From NCBI GenBank assembly GCA_951406725.2, contig OX597817.1:55738001-55802000 (forward strand): a stretch of 64,000 nt of DNA. Direction: 5' to 3'. Below are positions 1 through 12,445 of the stretch, one piece after another. Origin of the DNA: Octopus vulgaris (taxonomy: Eukaryota). The notes under the pieces were generated by a model that saw nothing but the letters and a program-made list of their open reading frames with translations, had not been told where the DNA came from and did no database searches. How positions within the stretch are numbered: the first letter of the stretch is position 1; every line of letters starts with the position of its first letter. A program made the translations under genes and the position numbers.

Positions 1-484
1 AGGAGAAACGGAGTGTGTGTGTGTGTGTGTGTGGGTGTAGTGGGAGGTGGGCATTTTAAGATATTGTATTTGGCGGTTTCTAAGCAGGCTGGCTGGCTGG
101 CTGGCTGCCCGGTGCCTTCAGACTTGTGTTGTTGCTGTCGTTGTTGTTGTTCTTGTTTTTTGGTTTTCTTGTTGATCTTGTTTTCGTTTCTTTTTGCTGT
201 TGTTAGTGGCGTTGTGGTTAATATTGCTTCTGTTGTTACTCTTTTTAGTGTTGTTGTTGTTGTTGTTGCGCCTGTTGTTGCTGCTGTTTCTATTGAGGCC
301 GTTAGTTATTGTTGCTTTTGTTGTTGCTGTCGTCTTTGCTGCACTTACTCTTTTTTGTTGTTGCTTATTTTCATAATGTTTATTTTTTTTTTATGTTGCT
401 GCCGATGTTGCTGATGATGCTATTGTACGACTGCTGCTGTTATTTGCCCTTGTTGTTAGAGTTGTCGTCACTGTTGTTGTTATT

Positions 485-870
485 GTTCTTCTTCTTCTCC
501 TTCTCCTTCCTCCTCTTCTCCTTTTCCTATTCTTCTAGTTCCTCCTTTTCTTCTTCATCTTCTTTTTCTCCTCTTCTTCGTATTCCTCTTCTTACTTTTC
601 TTCTTCTCCTTCTTCTCCTCCTCCTCTTCCTCTTGCTTTTTTCTTCTTCTCCTGCTTCAATTCTTCTTTAACTGATCTTCTTCCTTTTCATTTCCTCCTC
701 CTTCTTCATCTTCTTCTTCTCTCCTTTTTCTTCTTCTTCTTCTTCCCCTTCTCCTCGTTCTTCGTTTTCTCCTCCTCGTCCTTCTTCTTCTTCTTCTTCT
801 TCTTCTTCTTCTTCTTCTTCTTCTTCTTCTTCTTCTTCTTCTTCTTCTTCTTCTTCTTCTTTTTCTTCTT
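485..870. repeat. Polypyrimidine low-complexity tract ending in pure (CTT)n (~781-860)
   Basis: Seen directly; explains the poly-R and poly-K ORFs 657..918. Confidence 0.95.
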
Positions 871-890
871 GTCATGAATGCAACAACTAA

Positions 891-1094
891 GACGGCGAGC
901 TGGCAGAATCGTTAGCATGCTTAGCGGTATTTCGTCCGCCTTTACGTTCCGAGTTCAAATTGTGCCGAGGCCGACTTTGCTTTTCATGCTTTCGTGGCTG
1001 ATAAAATAAGTACCAGTCAGAGCACTTGGCTTGATGTTATCGACTTTATCCCTCACTCGAAAATTCTGGACTTGTGCCAAAATTCGAAATCCTT
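891..1094 (+). mobile_element. tRNA-derived SINE, family A (degenerate copy)
   Basis: Head GGCGAGCTGGCAGAATCGTTAGC (A-box-like), GAGTTCAAAT B-box, core GACTTTGCTTTTCATGCTTTCGTGGCTGATAAAATAAGTACCAG; recurs more than 15 times in the window. Confidence 0.85.
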
Positions 1095-1505
1095 ATTGAC
1101 ACAGCAACTAGTTGTTGTAATCGATATTGTTGGTGTTGTTGTTTCGTTCTCACTTTGCCATTGTCCATCTGTCGAGCGGTCGGTTATCAAAACATTAACG
1201 ATGGTTTAACAAAACCTGTTGCTGCCGCAGCAACAGCAGCAGTAATACTAACTGCCGGAGTATCCCCATCATCATCATCATCATCGTCGTCATCATCGTC
1301 ACCGTCATCGCCGTCGTCGTCATGATCATCAACACAACCAACAACATTATGACAAGAAGCAATGGCAATAAGGGGAAAATTCCAGAATCATCAGCCGCGA
1401 CATCCTCGCCACCAGCAGTATCAGAAGCGACACCTTTATCAACAACTGCTAGCAACAACAATAGCCGTAGTAGTAATAGCATGAGTGGTAGACGTAGTAT
1501 TAATA

Positions 1506-1736
1506 TATTTCCTTATTACCCATAAGTGGCTAAACATAGAGGGGACAAACAAGGACAGACAAACGGATTAAGTCGATTACATCGACTCCAGTGCGTAACT
1601 GGTACTTAATTTATCGACCCCGAAAGGATGAAAGGCAAAGTCGACCTCGGCGGAATTTGAACTCGGAACGTAACGACAGACGAAATACGGCTACGCATTT
1701 CGCTCGGCGTGCTAACGTTTCTGCCAGCTCGCCGCC
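1506..1736 (-). mobile_element. SINE family A, near full length
   Basis: Reverse complement of head GGCGGCGAGCTGGCAGAAACGTTAGCACGCC, core and tail GTTTGTCCCCTCTATGTTTAGCC. Confidence 0.9.
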
Positions 1737-1751
1737 TCTAAAGCTAATGGA

Positions 1752-1848
1752 ATGCTTACAGCACCCAGGTTTCCCAAGCGGTCACCCATCTAAGTACTAA
1801 CTAGGCTTGATGTTGCTTAACTTCTGTGATCAGACGAGAACCGGTGCT
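1752..1848 (-). pseudogene. 5S rRNA pseudogene or fragment lacking ~20 nt of the 5' end
   Basis: Minus strand reads AGCACCGGTTCTCGTCTGATCACAGAAGTTAAGCAACATCAAGCCTAGTTAGTACTTAGATGGGTGACCGCTTGGGAAACCTGGGTGCTGTAAGCAT, collinear with metazoan 5S rRNA including box A and box C; no oligo-T terminator. Confidence 0.9.
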
Positions 1849-1896
1849 AATAGCGACATCAGAAGCAGTGACACCAACAACAACTGCTACTACTAC

Positions 1897-2198
1897 GGAC
1901 CAATGCCTTGTGAGTGGATTTGGTAGACGGAAACTGAAAGAAGCCTGTCGTATATATGTATATGTATATATATATATGTATGTGTGTGTGTGTTTGTGTG
2001 TCTGTGTTTGTCCCCCTAGCATTGCTTGACAGCCGATGCTGGTGTGTTTACGTCCCCGTCATTTAGCGGTTCGGCAAAAGAGACCGATAGAATAAGTACT
2101 GGGCTTACAAAGAATAAGTCCCGGGGTCGATATGCTCGACTAAAGGCTGTGCTCCAGCATGGCTGCAGTCAAATGACTGAAACAAGTAAAAGAGTAAA
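1897..2198 (+). mobile_element. SINE family B (5'-truncated) with internal (TA)n(TG)n
   Basis: GAGTGGATTTGGTAGACGGAAACTGAAAGAAGCC, then microsatellite, then GTTTACGTCCCCGT...GTCAAATGACTGAAACAAGTAAAAGAG; many copies in the window. Confidence 0.9.
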
Positions 2199-2201
2199 TA
2201 G

Positions 2202-2271
<70 letters not shown>

Positions 2272-2916
2272 CTAGTGCACTAAATACACGTTTAGCCAGT
2301 ACATATACATGAATGATTAACTGACACGGTAGCATGAAGCAGCTATCTTGGGACTACAGAACTGCATTTGTTAGTGCGGTACATTGAATATTTAACTTGC
2401 AATTTTAGATGTGGTGTTTTGGCGACCGATCTGGTATGGAGATTTGGAAACAGCTCGCTTGTGCTGGTGCAATCAATCGAAAACTTCGGCTACAGGGCAC
2501 CAGTAGGTTTTAAGAGTCACTAAAAGAGAATGCGCACCGTTTTGAGGCCTTTCCCGTGACAGTTATACAACGCAATGGCCGTCTTCATAAATATGAGACG
2601 CCACCTCTCAGTTGAACTGATTAATATTCGACCTCAAGTCTATTTTGGGATCATCACCTCCTCCTGTCACCTTTTGTCATTCCTTTTCAGCCATATCCAA
2701 TAGCTGGCCCTCTCAACTGTTACCTGGTTATCTTTGAAGATGGCTTTTGCTTGCGAAGTTGGACATCATTTGACAGCATCCAGCGCCTCAGTCTGCTCCA
2801 AATAAAACATCTACATCCAGCTTTCACAGGAAAGTGTACTGTACTACAACCAGCATCTATACAGCCTTATACTAGTATTTCACAAACCTCATCTTTACTA
2901 ACCTCAACTACATCTA

Positions 2917-3290
2917 TATGTATGTGTGTATGTATGTATGTATGTAAGTATGTATTTGTGTATGCATGCAAGTATGAGTGTATGTATGTGTGTATGTATG
3001 TATGTATTATGAATGTATGTATGTGTGTGTATGTATGTATGTATGTGTGTATGCATTAGGTGTGTATGTATGCGTGTATGTATGTGTGTATGTATGTATG
3101 CGTGTATGTGTGTATGCGTGTATGTATGTGTGTATGTATGTATGTTTGTTTGTGTGTATGTATGTATGTACGTATGTACGTGTGTCTATATCTGCGTATG
3201 TATGTGTGTTTGTATGTATGTATGTATGTATGTATGTATGTATGTATGTGTGTATGTATGTATGTATGCATGTATGTATGCATGTATCTA
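2917..3290. repeat. Degenerate (GTAT)n microsatellite; similar tracts at 3541-3685, 36070-36245, 46850-46920
   Basis: Seen directly. Confidence 0.95.
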
Positions 3291-4671
3291 TATGTCATTA
3301 TTTAGCATTATTTCAAGATTTCAAGATTTCTTGCCAATAGAGAAAAAACTGGTTTCTAACCTAGATTCCTTCATTGGAATTTCAACATCAACAACAGAGT
3401 ATTCTTGTATGTATATATGTATGCATGTCTCTGTGCATATTTGTATGGTTTGTTTTATGCACATATACTCAAATGTATATTTGCTATCTGGACATGCCCA
3501 GAGTGGATCTGTAGTGGATCTGGAGTGGATCTGTAGTCTTGTATGTATGTATGTATGTATGTATGTATGTATGTATGTATGTATGTATGCATGTATGTAT
3601 GCATGTATGTATGCATGTATATATGTATGTATGTATATGTGTGTATGTAAGTATGGACGCATGTATGCATATATGTATGTATACACATCTCAGTATATAA
3701 TTGTTTTTAGTTTCCTTTTGGATGGTATCTGTATCAATATATTTAGACTTATTACATACCTATGTGTTTAACCAGATTTAGTAGCAGTTAGCGTATAAAT
3801 AATCTCGACATTAAATCTGTTAACTAACTTACAAATGTAGCAGTTATACAATATAATTATTGCTAATTATTTTTCACATGATCCTGAATTAAATATGTTC
3901 ATTCTAAGTGAACCAACCATCAATCTTCCTATTTCACTCGCCACTTTAATTCTAGTTTGCTTGTTAATGAGCTCTGCGTTAAATACGTTAGTACCATCTT
4001 AAATGTATGTAAGATTGTTATGATTTAGTATCATTACAAGTGAAACAAAACCGATAACAGCAACAACAGCACCAAACATCGTGTCAACAACCTCTAGAAC
4101 AATAACATAGGAACATGATGGAATCCTGCCGTCGAAGGGGACGTAGGAGTGAGCGGTTTTTGATGGATGACCTGTACAAAGGGTTTATTTATAGTGATAG
4201 AATGTATGGACAATATTTTATTTCACTCTTAATAAATTGTGAAAAGGTGTAAAAATCTGTAAAAATCTGAAAAGGTGCACAGTGTACCATGAGTCAGGCG
4301 TCGAAGTAACCGCAGAGCGACATTTAGTGAAGGACATATGTACCACCCGGTCTAGGAATCGAAACCACGACCTCACAGTCGTCAGTGAAACAGTCTGGAC
4401 AACAGAACGCGTGTGGTCACGCACACACACACATATATATACTCACACACAGAGGCATACACACAAACAGACACATACACACACGAACCCATACATCCAC
4501 ATACATACAGAGGCATACATACACTAAGACGCACACACATACACACACACAAACACACTAACACAAACATACACACACGACCAAACAAACATATTAACAG
4601 ACAAAACAGCAAGCACACTAACACACACACACACACACACACAGATATATATATATATATATGTATATATA

Positions 4672-4882
4672 ATCGTTTCTACTAAAGGCACAAGGCCAGT
4701 AATTTGGGGGATGGGGGTAAGTCGATTACATCAACCCCAGTAGTCAACTGGTACTTAATTCATCGACCAAGAAAGGAGGAAAGTAAAGTCGAACCCGGCG
4801 CAATTTGAACTCAACGTAAAGACGGACGAAATGCAACTAAGCATCTAGCCCAGCGTGCTAACGTCTCTGCCAACTCACCGCC
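4672..4882 (-). mobile_element. SINE family A (alternative tail)
   Basis: Same head and core as 1506-1736; tail AAATTACTGGCCTTGTGCCTTTAGTAGAAA on the minus strand. Confidence 0.85.
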
Positions 4883-4928
4883 TTGCACACACACACACAC
4901 ACACACACAAACACATACACATATATTT

Positions 4929-4969
<41 letters not shown>

Positions 4970-5079
4970 CATACATACATATATATATATATACATACAT
5001 ACATATACTTTTAGTGCGAATGTGTAAGCGTTTTTGTTAAGCAGTGTCGATTTTTACAATTATGTATATAACACTGATG

Positions 5080-5266
5080 GTATTTATATAAGCTTAAAGC
5101 TTATAGCGATCACCGTGCAATGATTAAAAAAAATCTAATAATGAGGCATAGAAACCAACCACAGAAAAAAGAGGTTTTCTGTACGCGTAATGGAAAACCT
5201 ATTTTTTCTATCTACGGTTTATATGCCCCATTATTATATTATTGTGTTTAAGTTTATATAAATACT
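5080..5266. repeat. Imperfect fold-back inverted repeat
   Basis: TAATAATGAGGCATAGAAACC...AGAAAAAAGAGGTTTTC pairs with GAAAACCTATTTTTTCT...GGTTTATATGCCCCATTATTA; outer TATTTATATAAGCTTAAA pairs with TTTAAGTTTATATAAATA. Confidence 0.7.
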
Positions 5267-5593
5267 ATTTTTATCATTATGTACAGTATATATGTATGTA
5301 TATATATCATGATAATTGATTAAATATCCGGAAGATTGATATGGTATTAATCTTCAATTTTTACAACGATCGTTTCGACCCAGGGTTGTACGGAGTAAAT
5401 ATTAATACCAAATTCGTCTTTTGGTTACCTAATCAATTATCACTGTCTCATCTAACACTGCAGAGTTCCTGTAGTAGATCCAAGGGAAATATACCCCAAT
5501 TGCGGAAGACACCAGGTAGCCCAAACTGTAGCAGTGCTTTACGCAACACTTCAACACACAAAGCTACTTATATCTATTAGTCCAACATACTAA

Positions 5594-5639
<46 letters not shown>

Positions 5640-5678
5640 ATTTCGGAATGGTCATTTTGCCAGTTTAACCAAGAAATA

Positions 5679-5722
<44 letters not shown>

Positions 5723-6117
5723 GGCGGTGCCCCAGCATGGCCACAGCTCATGAGCTGAAACTGGAAAAATCAAAATCAAAATCATATATATATATGGGGA
5801 CAGTAAGAAGGGAAAAAAGCGAAAACGCACCTTGGATATCAAAAAATAAAGGCGTTTTTAATGAAAAGTAACGATAAATATATACAATTAGATGAAGTAA
5901 AGTAGAGTTTAGATGAATAAAAGTTATTATTATGAATTGTTAAAGACATTCAAAGTGATACCGGTATCGTCAACTGCTGTTCACTGGCTTTCAATGCGCA
6001 CCAATTACCAAACGGTGTTAGGTCTACTAGTCCCTGAGTAAAAAGATTATGCCGTAAGGGAAGTGGTTATATATATATATTTGTAAATATAATATGTGAC
6101 AATTATTCGGTAGCCAA

Positions 6118-6178
6118 GACAAAACTCTGAGTTTCGGATGCCAAGGTGGAAATCCACACCACCATCTCTTCAGTTATC
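6118..6178 (-). ncRNA. Type-I hammerhead ribozyme motif (Penelope-like element associated)
   Basis: Minus strand: GATAA-CTGAAGA-GATG...CATCC-GAAA-CTCAGAG-TT-TTGTC; stem I GATAA/TTGTC, stem II GATG/CATC, stem III ACTC-A-GAGT, GUU site. Confidence 0.7.
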
Positions 6179-6995
6179 CGGCCATCGGATATATATTTGC
6201 TTACACACAACTTTTTTGTGCAGTTTCTAACAGCGAAATTCCAATCACACTGCAGTAGTCAACCTAAGAAAACAGCACATTTGGAATGGAACCCGGATCC
6301 AAGCGTTTGAGGAAAATATTTCTTTGCCGCTCACCTATTCCCGAAAATTTATGCATAAATAATTCAGAAAGGTTAATTTTGTCGCTTATAACTCCTCCCC
6401 ATTTTGAGTGACGGTTTTGTCTTCACCAATGGTAATCGATATTTCAAAGTGGCAATAATTTCTCAATGAAGCGTAGGGAGAAGACGTGAGAGAGAGAGAG
6501 AAAGAGAGAGAGGGAGAGAGAGAGAGAGAGAGCAAGAGTAATAGAGGAGAGAAAGATAGAAAGAGAGAAATGTGAGTGATGATGAAAGGAGGTAGAGGAG
6601 ACATAGAGTTTTAACGGAACCGAAGTCGATAAGTAGATGATACTTTTGAATTACAATGTAAAGTAGGGGTTGTTGTTGGTGTGGGTGGTGGTGGTCCTTA
6701 GCTCCGGGTCAAATTTGATCAAGCAGACCAATGAGAAAGGGACTTGTATGCAAAACCCAAATCCACTATTTTTGTTTTATTTTGGCGAAGTGTGACTTAG
6801 TACCACGTGTTCTGGTATGTTCTGTCCAAAGTTTAGAATATGGAGGTTCTTCGGATTATCAATTCGAAATGTATTGTGTGCTTTAGCATTTAATCAAAGC
6901 ACATTTAAAGCCATCAAGTTATTAAACCCTAGACGTTATCGAGCCTATGTCAGCCACTGTTGGCCCTTAACATGAATGTGCAAACTTGTATGAGA

Positions 6996-7290
6996 TACAT
7001 TATTTTCATTAGTTACACTTGACGGATATTTGTCCTCAACTTGTTTGTTGTTGACACAACATTTCGACTGAAATTTCGAACCTGGGTTCTCATTCCAAAG
7101 GTATTTTTCAATGTTAATATTCTTATTCTTATTTTTCTTATTATTATTAATCAGGTGGCTGCTTGGAATCGAACTCGGAATCTTGGGGTTAGTAGCCCGC
7201 GCTCTTAACCACAACGTTATATGGAGTGAATTTTCGGACTTATAAATGCATTTTCATATTCTTCCTTACTACTACTACTACTACTACTAC

Positions 7291-7331
<41 letters not shown>

Positions 7332-7514
7332 TCGAAAAATACCTTAGGAGTGAGAACCCAGGTTCGAAATTTCCTCCAGACACTTGATGAAGGCTGGATG
7401 GTTATATGACCGAAACGTTGTGTTAACAACAAACAAGATGAGGACAAATATCCGTCAAATATAAATAATGTAAATAATCTACGTAATTCCTCATCTCTTA
7501 AATATAGAACTATA
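6996..7514. mobile_element. Fold-back insertion of a non-coding element with tRNA-derived segment and hammerhead motif
   Basis: 6996-7115 is an inverted copy of 7328-7472; tRNA-like segment on the minus strand at ~7153-7216; hammerhead-like motif 7380-7423; candidate TSD TTGTATGAGATA (6986-6997) / TTGTATAAGGTA (7515-7526). Confidence 0.75.
7380..7423 (+). ncRNA. Minimal hammerhead ribozyme motif, core mutated (TTGATGA)
   Basis: ACAC-TTGATGA-AGGCTGG...GACC-GAAACGTT-GTGT; stem I ACAC/GTGT, palindromic stem III ACGT. Confidence 0.65.
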
Positions 7515-7944
7515 TTGTATAAGGTAGTTTAAAGAGTCTGGCAGCTGCTCATATGGCATCTCCCCCTTCCCGGTCATACATTTATATCCGATGGAGACGT
7601 CGCCAATTTGGATTGATATTGCATGGCACCAATGTTGTGCAGGTGAAGTTGTTAGAATGCAGAGTAGTGGAATAGATACTACACAGTGTTTCGTCCAACA
7701 GTTCGCCAAACGTTTTCTCCTTTGGTCTACCATTTTATCGAACCCCAAATGATATGATGTAAATTATAATGATAATGAAATTATTGTATAAAGTTTACTA
7801 CAGCAAGAATTGAGGGCAAAACGTAAAGTCAAACCAAATTCCATGTAGAGCGGTTGTTCTCAACCGGACTCCATAAATCCTTGTGGGTCCATATAAATAT
7901 AAATTGCTTTTACTTCATGCAATATTTTTATATCTTTCTATAAT

Positions 7945-8342
7945 AATCCTTTCTACTCTAGGCACAAGGCCCGAAATTTTGGAGGAGGGAGTCAGTCGAT
8001 TAGATAGACCCCTTTACACAACTAGTATTTAATTTATCGACTCCAAAGAATGAAAGGCAAAGTCAACCTCGGTGGAATTTGAACTCAGAACATAAAGACA
8101 AACGAAATACCTATTTCTTTACTACCCACGGGGGCTAAACACAGAGTGGACAAACAAAGACAGACAAACAGATTAAGTCGATTATATCGACCCCAGTGCG
8201 TGACTGGTACTTATTTAGTTGACCCCGAAGGGATGAAAGGCAAAGTCGACCTCGGTGAAATTTGAACTCACAACGTAACGGCAGACGAAATACTGCTAAG
8301 CATTTCGCCCGGCGTGCTAACGTTTCTGCCAGCTCGCCGCCT
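7945..8342 (-). mobile_element. SINE family A, partial tandem dimer
   Basis: Core AAAGGCAAAGTCRACCTCGG...TTTGAACTCA occurs twice with one head and two different tails. Confidence 0.85.
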
Positions 8343-8358
8343 TATCTTTATACAATAA

Positions 8359-9548
8359 CTAGCATTAAAGACCCGTCGTTGTCGGGTCATAGTGCTAGTG
8401 CATGTATATATGTGTATATATATGTGTACATATTACATGTACATCTATATATATACATCTACACATAAAATGCAAAATACAAAGTTATATCTTGATATCG
8501 CTAGTGATAACAATACTAAAAATATATAACAGACTGGAATTGTTAGCCTGTCTCTTGTAATTTCGATCAATTGTATCTCTTGTCCTCCCTCTTGTATAGA
8601 AGTGTGGCTACAATCCAGCCTACCTCTACTTCTGGGGGAGGGGGGAATTTAAATTTTTTTTCCCCGGACGTCCTATGTCCCAGATATAATGATAAAAATA
8701 AATTATTTCCACTTTGCAAGTTCGAGTCGAGTACTCCCTTGCACGCTCCGTTGACTCAAACCTTGCTTCTATTGTGACGAATTTACCGCCTCTGATTAGA
8801 TACCTTTCATAGTCGCACCAAGACACTTTTCAAAGGTGCTTTCCTCCATGTGTTCAAATCTTTTTTCTCTACATTGTATACTTTATAGACAATAGTCTTT
8901 TCTTTAATTTAATTTTTTTATTATCCATCTGGACTATTCCATTTCTGCACGCTAATTTTATTTTTAATTTATTCCCATTCATGTGAAACCACTTGTTCAA
9001 GTTCAAGTCATTGATGCAATTTTATACCAATTGCTATTTTTACTTTTGTTATGTTACGATTATATTATACTTCAGTTTGATTTTAACTATTACTTACTAC
9101 ATATAATTCAATTGTTATTATTATTTTTATTGTTAAAGTGAAAGTATCTGACATGAAATAGAGAAACGTTTTTGTTTCCCTTTTAACACGTTATACTGAA
9201 ATAGTGGAGAAGATATGATATTGCTATGGGCTCGCTCTAGGCAAGAAGTTGAACATTTGTTTTGCCCATAAAACTACATGGACCCTAAGTAAGGCACGTG
9301 TAAAATTTGAATGGAATTGGTAGTGTAGTTCTCAAGTTTTAGGGAATCGTAGTGGAGAAGATATGATATTGCTGTGGGCTCGCCCTAGGCAAAAAGTTCA
9401 AAATTTTTTTGCCGATGACACTCCCCGGACCCGAAGTAAGGCATGTGTAAAATTTGAATGAAATTGGTTGTGTAGTTCTCAAGTTTTAGGGAAACACACA
9501 GACAGACAGACAGATAGACACACATTCTCAGTTTTATACAGAGAGAGA
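8359..9548 (-). mobile_element. Non-autonomous Helitron with internal ~148 bp tandem duplication (9202-9346 / 9350-9493)
   Basis: Minus strand starts TC...TATAAAACTGAGAATGTGTGTCTATCTGTCTG and ends with hairpin GACCCG-ACAACGA-CGGGTC then CTAG; inserted between A and T. Confidence 0.8.
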
Positions 9549-9562
9549 TATCATTTGTTATA

Positions 9563-9988
9563 GGCGCAGATGTGGCGATGTGGCAAGAAGCTTGCTTCTC
9601 CACCATATCGTTCTAGGTTCAGCTCCACAGCGTGTTGTCTTGAGCAAATATCTTCTGCTATAGCTCTAGGTCGACCAAAGTCTTGTGAGTGGATTTGGTT
9701 GACGGAAACTAAAAGAAGCCCATCGAATATATAAATATATATGTATATATATCTGTGTGAGTGTCACTGTGTCTGTGTTTGTCCCCCACCACCATCACCA
9801 CCTCTTGGTAACCGGTGCTGGTGTGTTTACGTCCCCGTCAATCAGCGTGTCTACAAAAGAGACCGATAAAATAAACACTAGGCTTCAAACAAAAGTCTGA
9901 GGAGCAATTTCCCCGACTAGAGCCCTTCCAGGTGGTGCTCCAGCATGGTCGCAGTCAAATGGTTGAAACAAGTAAAAGAAAAGAAAAA
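9563..9988 (+). mobile_element. SINE family B, full length, diverged
   Basis: Head GGCGCAGATGTGGCGATGTGG...GGTTCAG, CORE-like GTCTTGAGCAAATATCTT, family body and tail. Confidence 0.85.
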
Positions 9989-10029
9989 TACAGATAGAAT
10001 AATATTTGATTATAAGAATACAACATTTT

Positions 10030-10429
10030 TTATTCTTTTACTCCTTTCAGTCAATTTGACTGCGGCCACGCTGGAGCACCGCCTTCTAGTCGAAGAAATC
10101 GACCCCACAACTTATTCTTTGTAAGCTAGGTAATTATTCTATCGGTCTCTATTGCCGAACCGGTAAATTACGGGGACGTAAACGCACCAACGTCGGTTGC
10201 CAATGTGTGGGGGGAAGGGGGGGCAAATATAGACAGAAACACACAAGATAAATATATATATATACACGACGGTCCTCTTTCAATTTCCGTTTACCAAATC
10301 CACTAACAAGGATTTTTCGGCCCGGTGCTATAGTAGAAGACACTTATCCAACGTGCCATGCGGTGGAACTGAACCCGGAACCATGTGGTTTCGAAGTAAG
10401 CTTCTTACCACACAGCCACACCTGCGCCT
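10030..10429 (-). mobile_element. SINE family B, full length
   Basis: Reverse complement of the family B consensus, ending CCACACAGCCACACCTGCGCC. Confidence 0.85.
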
Positions 10430-11313
10430 ATATGATTATTTTTTTTATATACATCGAATGTCTGCGGAAGTTCAGCAGATTTAAAATAGGAACCAAAGTT
10501 CATCCATAGAAAAAAAGTGGTTGAGAACCACCGGCGTAGAGGTTGTTCGCCACTCTAACGTCTCTAGCATTTGGTCATATTAAATCCTAGACCATTGTCT
10601 GTAAGAATTATCGTAAAATCTAAACAGAGTGGGTCAGTAAATGTCGTGAGACAATCAATATTTTTGAGAATTATAGTACAAGTTTGGTGAATAAACCGTC
10701 TGAATCAGTATGTTTGTATTTTATTGGTTCATAATTCACTTTAAGTTACAGACATATTGTATGGCCTGTGGCTTTCTCAACAAATAAGTTATTTTGCTTT
10801 CTGCTACAACACACATAAAACTTGTTTTATGTTTTAGATTTTGGTGAGCCTGGAGGGAATGGAAAGCGAAAAATAAGTATTTACGATGGAATTTTGTATA
10901 AATCAATCGACTGTTTTTAAAGTTATTATACATAGTGTTATTTTGCCCCAAGGTCACGTTTACTCGAACAGACCTATAATCAAAATCTTTCCAGCTGTGA
11001 CCATCCCATATTTATTTACTATCATCATATATTTTAAGCAACATTATTGAATATACTAACTTTGAAGATGGAACAAACAGAAGAATCAGTCAGAGAGTAC
11101 TGCGTTCGAATGATGGTGTGGAAATTGTTTAATCCAACGGTTAGAAATTACGCAGTGATTTCTGATTTAATCGTCTCGGATGACAATGGCAAATTTAACT
11201 AAAAACAGAATAAATGAAGGTTGCAATACCTGCATATGGATGGGTCCCTGTCAACACCTGTAAATAGTGCACAAAATTATGTATCTGATTAATAATCGAT
11301 GATTAAGTAAAAA

Positions 11314-11697
11314 ATCTTTTCTACTCTAGGCTCAAGGCCCGAAATTTTGGGGGAGGGGGCCAGTCGATTAGATAGATCGACCTCAGTACGCGACAGATAT
11401 TTAATTCATGGACCTCGAAAGGCAAAGTCGACCTCGGCAGAATTTGAACTCAGAACGTAACGGTAGACGAAATACCTATTTCTTTACTACCCACAAGGGT
11501 TTAAACACAGAAAAAACAAACAAGGATAGACAAACGATTACATCGACCGTAGTGCGTAACTGGTACTTAATTTATCGACCCCGAAAGGATGAAAGGTAAA
11601 GTCGACCTCGGCGGAATTTGAACTCAGAACGTAACGGCAGACGAAATACGGCTACGCATTTCGCCCGGCGTGCTAACGTTTCTGCCAGCTCACCGCA
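11314..11697 (-). mobile_element. SINE family A, partial tandem dimer
   Basis: Same layout as 7945-8342. Confidence 0.85.
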
Positions 11698-11754
11698 TTA
11701 ATCAGTTAGAAATAATGATTAAGGAAAGAGGTGGGGCTTTATGTAGATATATAT

Positions 11755-11968
11755 TTTCTTTTATCTTTTACTTGTGTCGGTAATTAGACTGCGGCCATGG
11801 TGGGGCACTGCCTTGAAAAATTTTTTGTCGGTTAAGCCTACTACTCATTTTATTATTCATTCTGCCGAATTGCGGCTTTACGGGGATGTAACCACTCCTA
11901 CACCAGTTGTAAGGCGCTGGCGGATTACAAACATAGACACAAAGATAGACACACTCATATATATATAC

Positions 11969-12010
<42 letters not shown>

Positions 12011-12170
12011 TTATGTATGTATGCATGTATACATACGACGGTCTTCTTTCAGTTTCCGTCCCCCAAATGCACTCATGAGTTTTTGATGAACCCAAGCCTA
12101 TAGGGAAAGACACTCACATAAATTGTTACGCAGTGGGACTGAATCCAGATCCACGTGGGGGAGCAAACTT
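11755..12170 (-). mobile_element. SINE family B, diverged
   Basis: GACTGCGGCCATGG..., CTTCTTTCAGTTTCCGTC, CGCAGTGGGACTGAATCC. Confidence 0.8.
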
Positions 12171-12254
12171 ATAAACTTATAAAATGCACTTACATACATA
12201 TTGAATGTGCGTGTGTGTGTATGATTTAGACATATTCTGATGTGCAAGGTCAAC

Positions 12255-12445
12255 AGTATCGGAGTGGGGGGAGGTGTAAGTCGATAACATCAACCCCAGT
12301 GTTCAACTGGTACTTATTTTATCGACCCGAAAGGATGAAAAACAAAATCTACGTCGGCCGAATTTGAACTCAGAACACGAAGACAGACGAAACGCCTCCA
12401 AGCATTTCGACGGACATGCTAACAATTCTACCCGCTCGCCGCCTT
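12255..12445 (-). mobile_element. SINE family A, diverged
   Basis: CTGGTACTTATTTTATCGACCCGAAAGGATGAAA...GAATTTGAACTCAGAAC...CTCGCCGCC. Confidence 0.8.

Larger units (their letters stand above)
7851..10533. mobile_element. hAT (Charlie-like) non-autonomous element inflated by nested insertions
   Basis: TIRs CGGTTGTTCTCAACC (7851-7865) and GGTTGAGAACCACCG (10519-10533), 14/15 complementary; 8-bp flanks ATGTAGAG / GCGTAGAG resemble the Charlie NTCTAGAN TSD. Confidence 0.7.
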
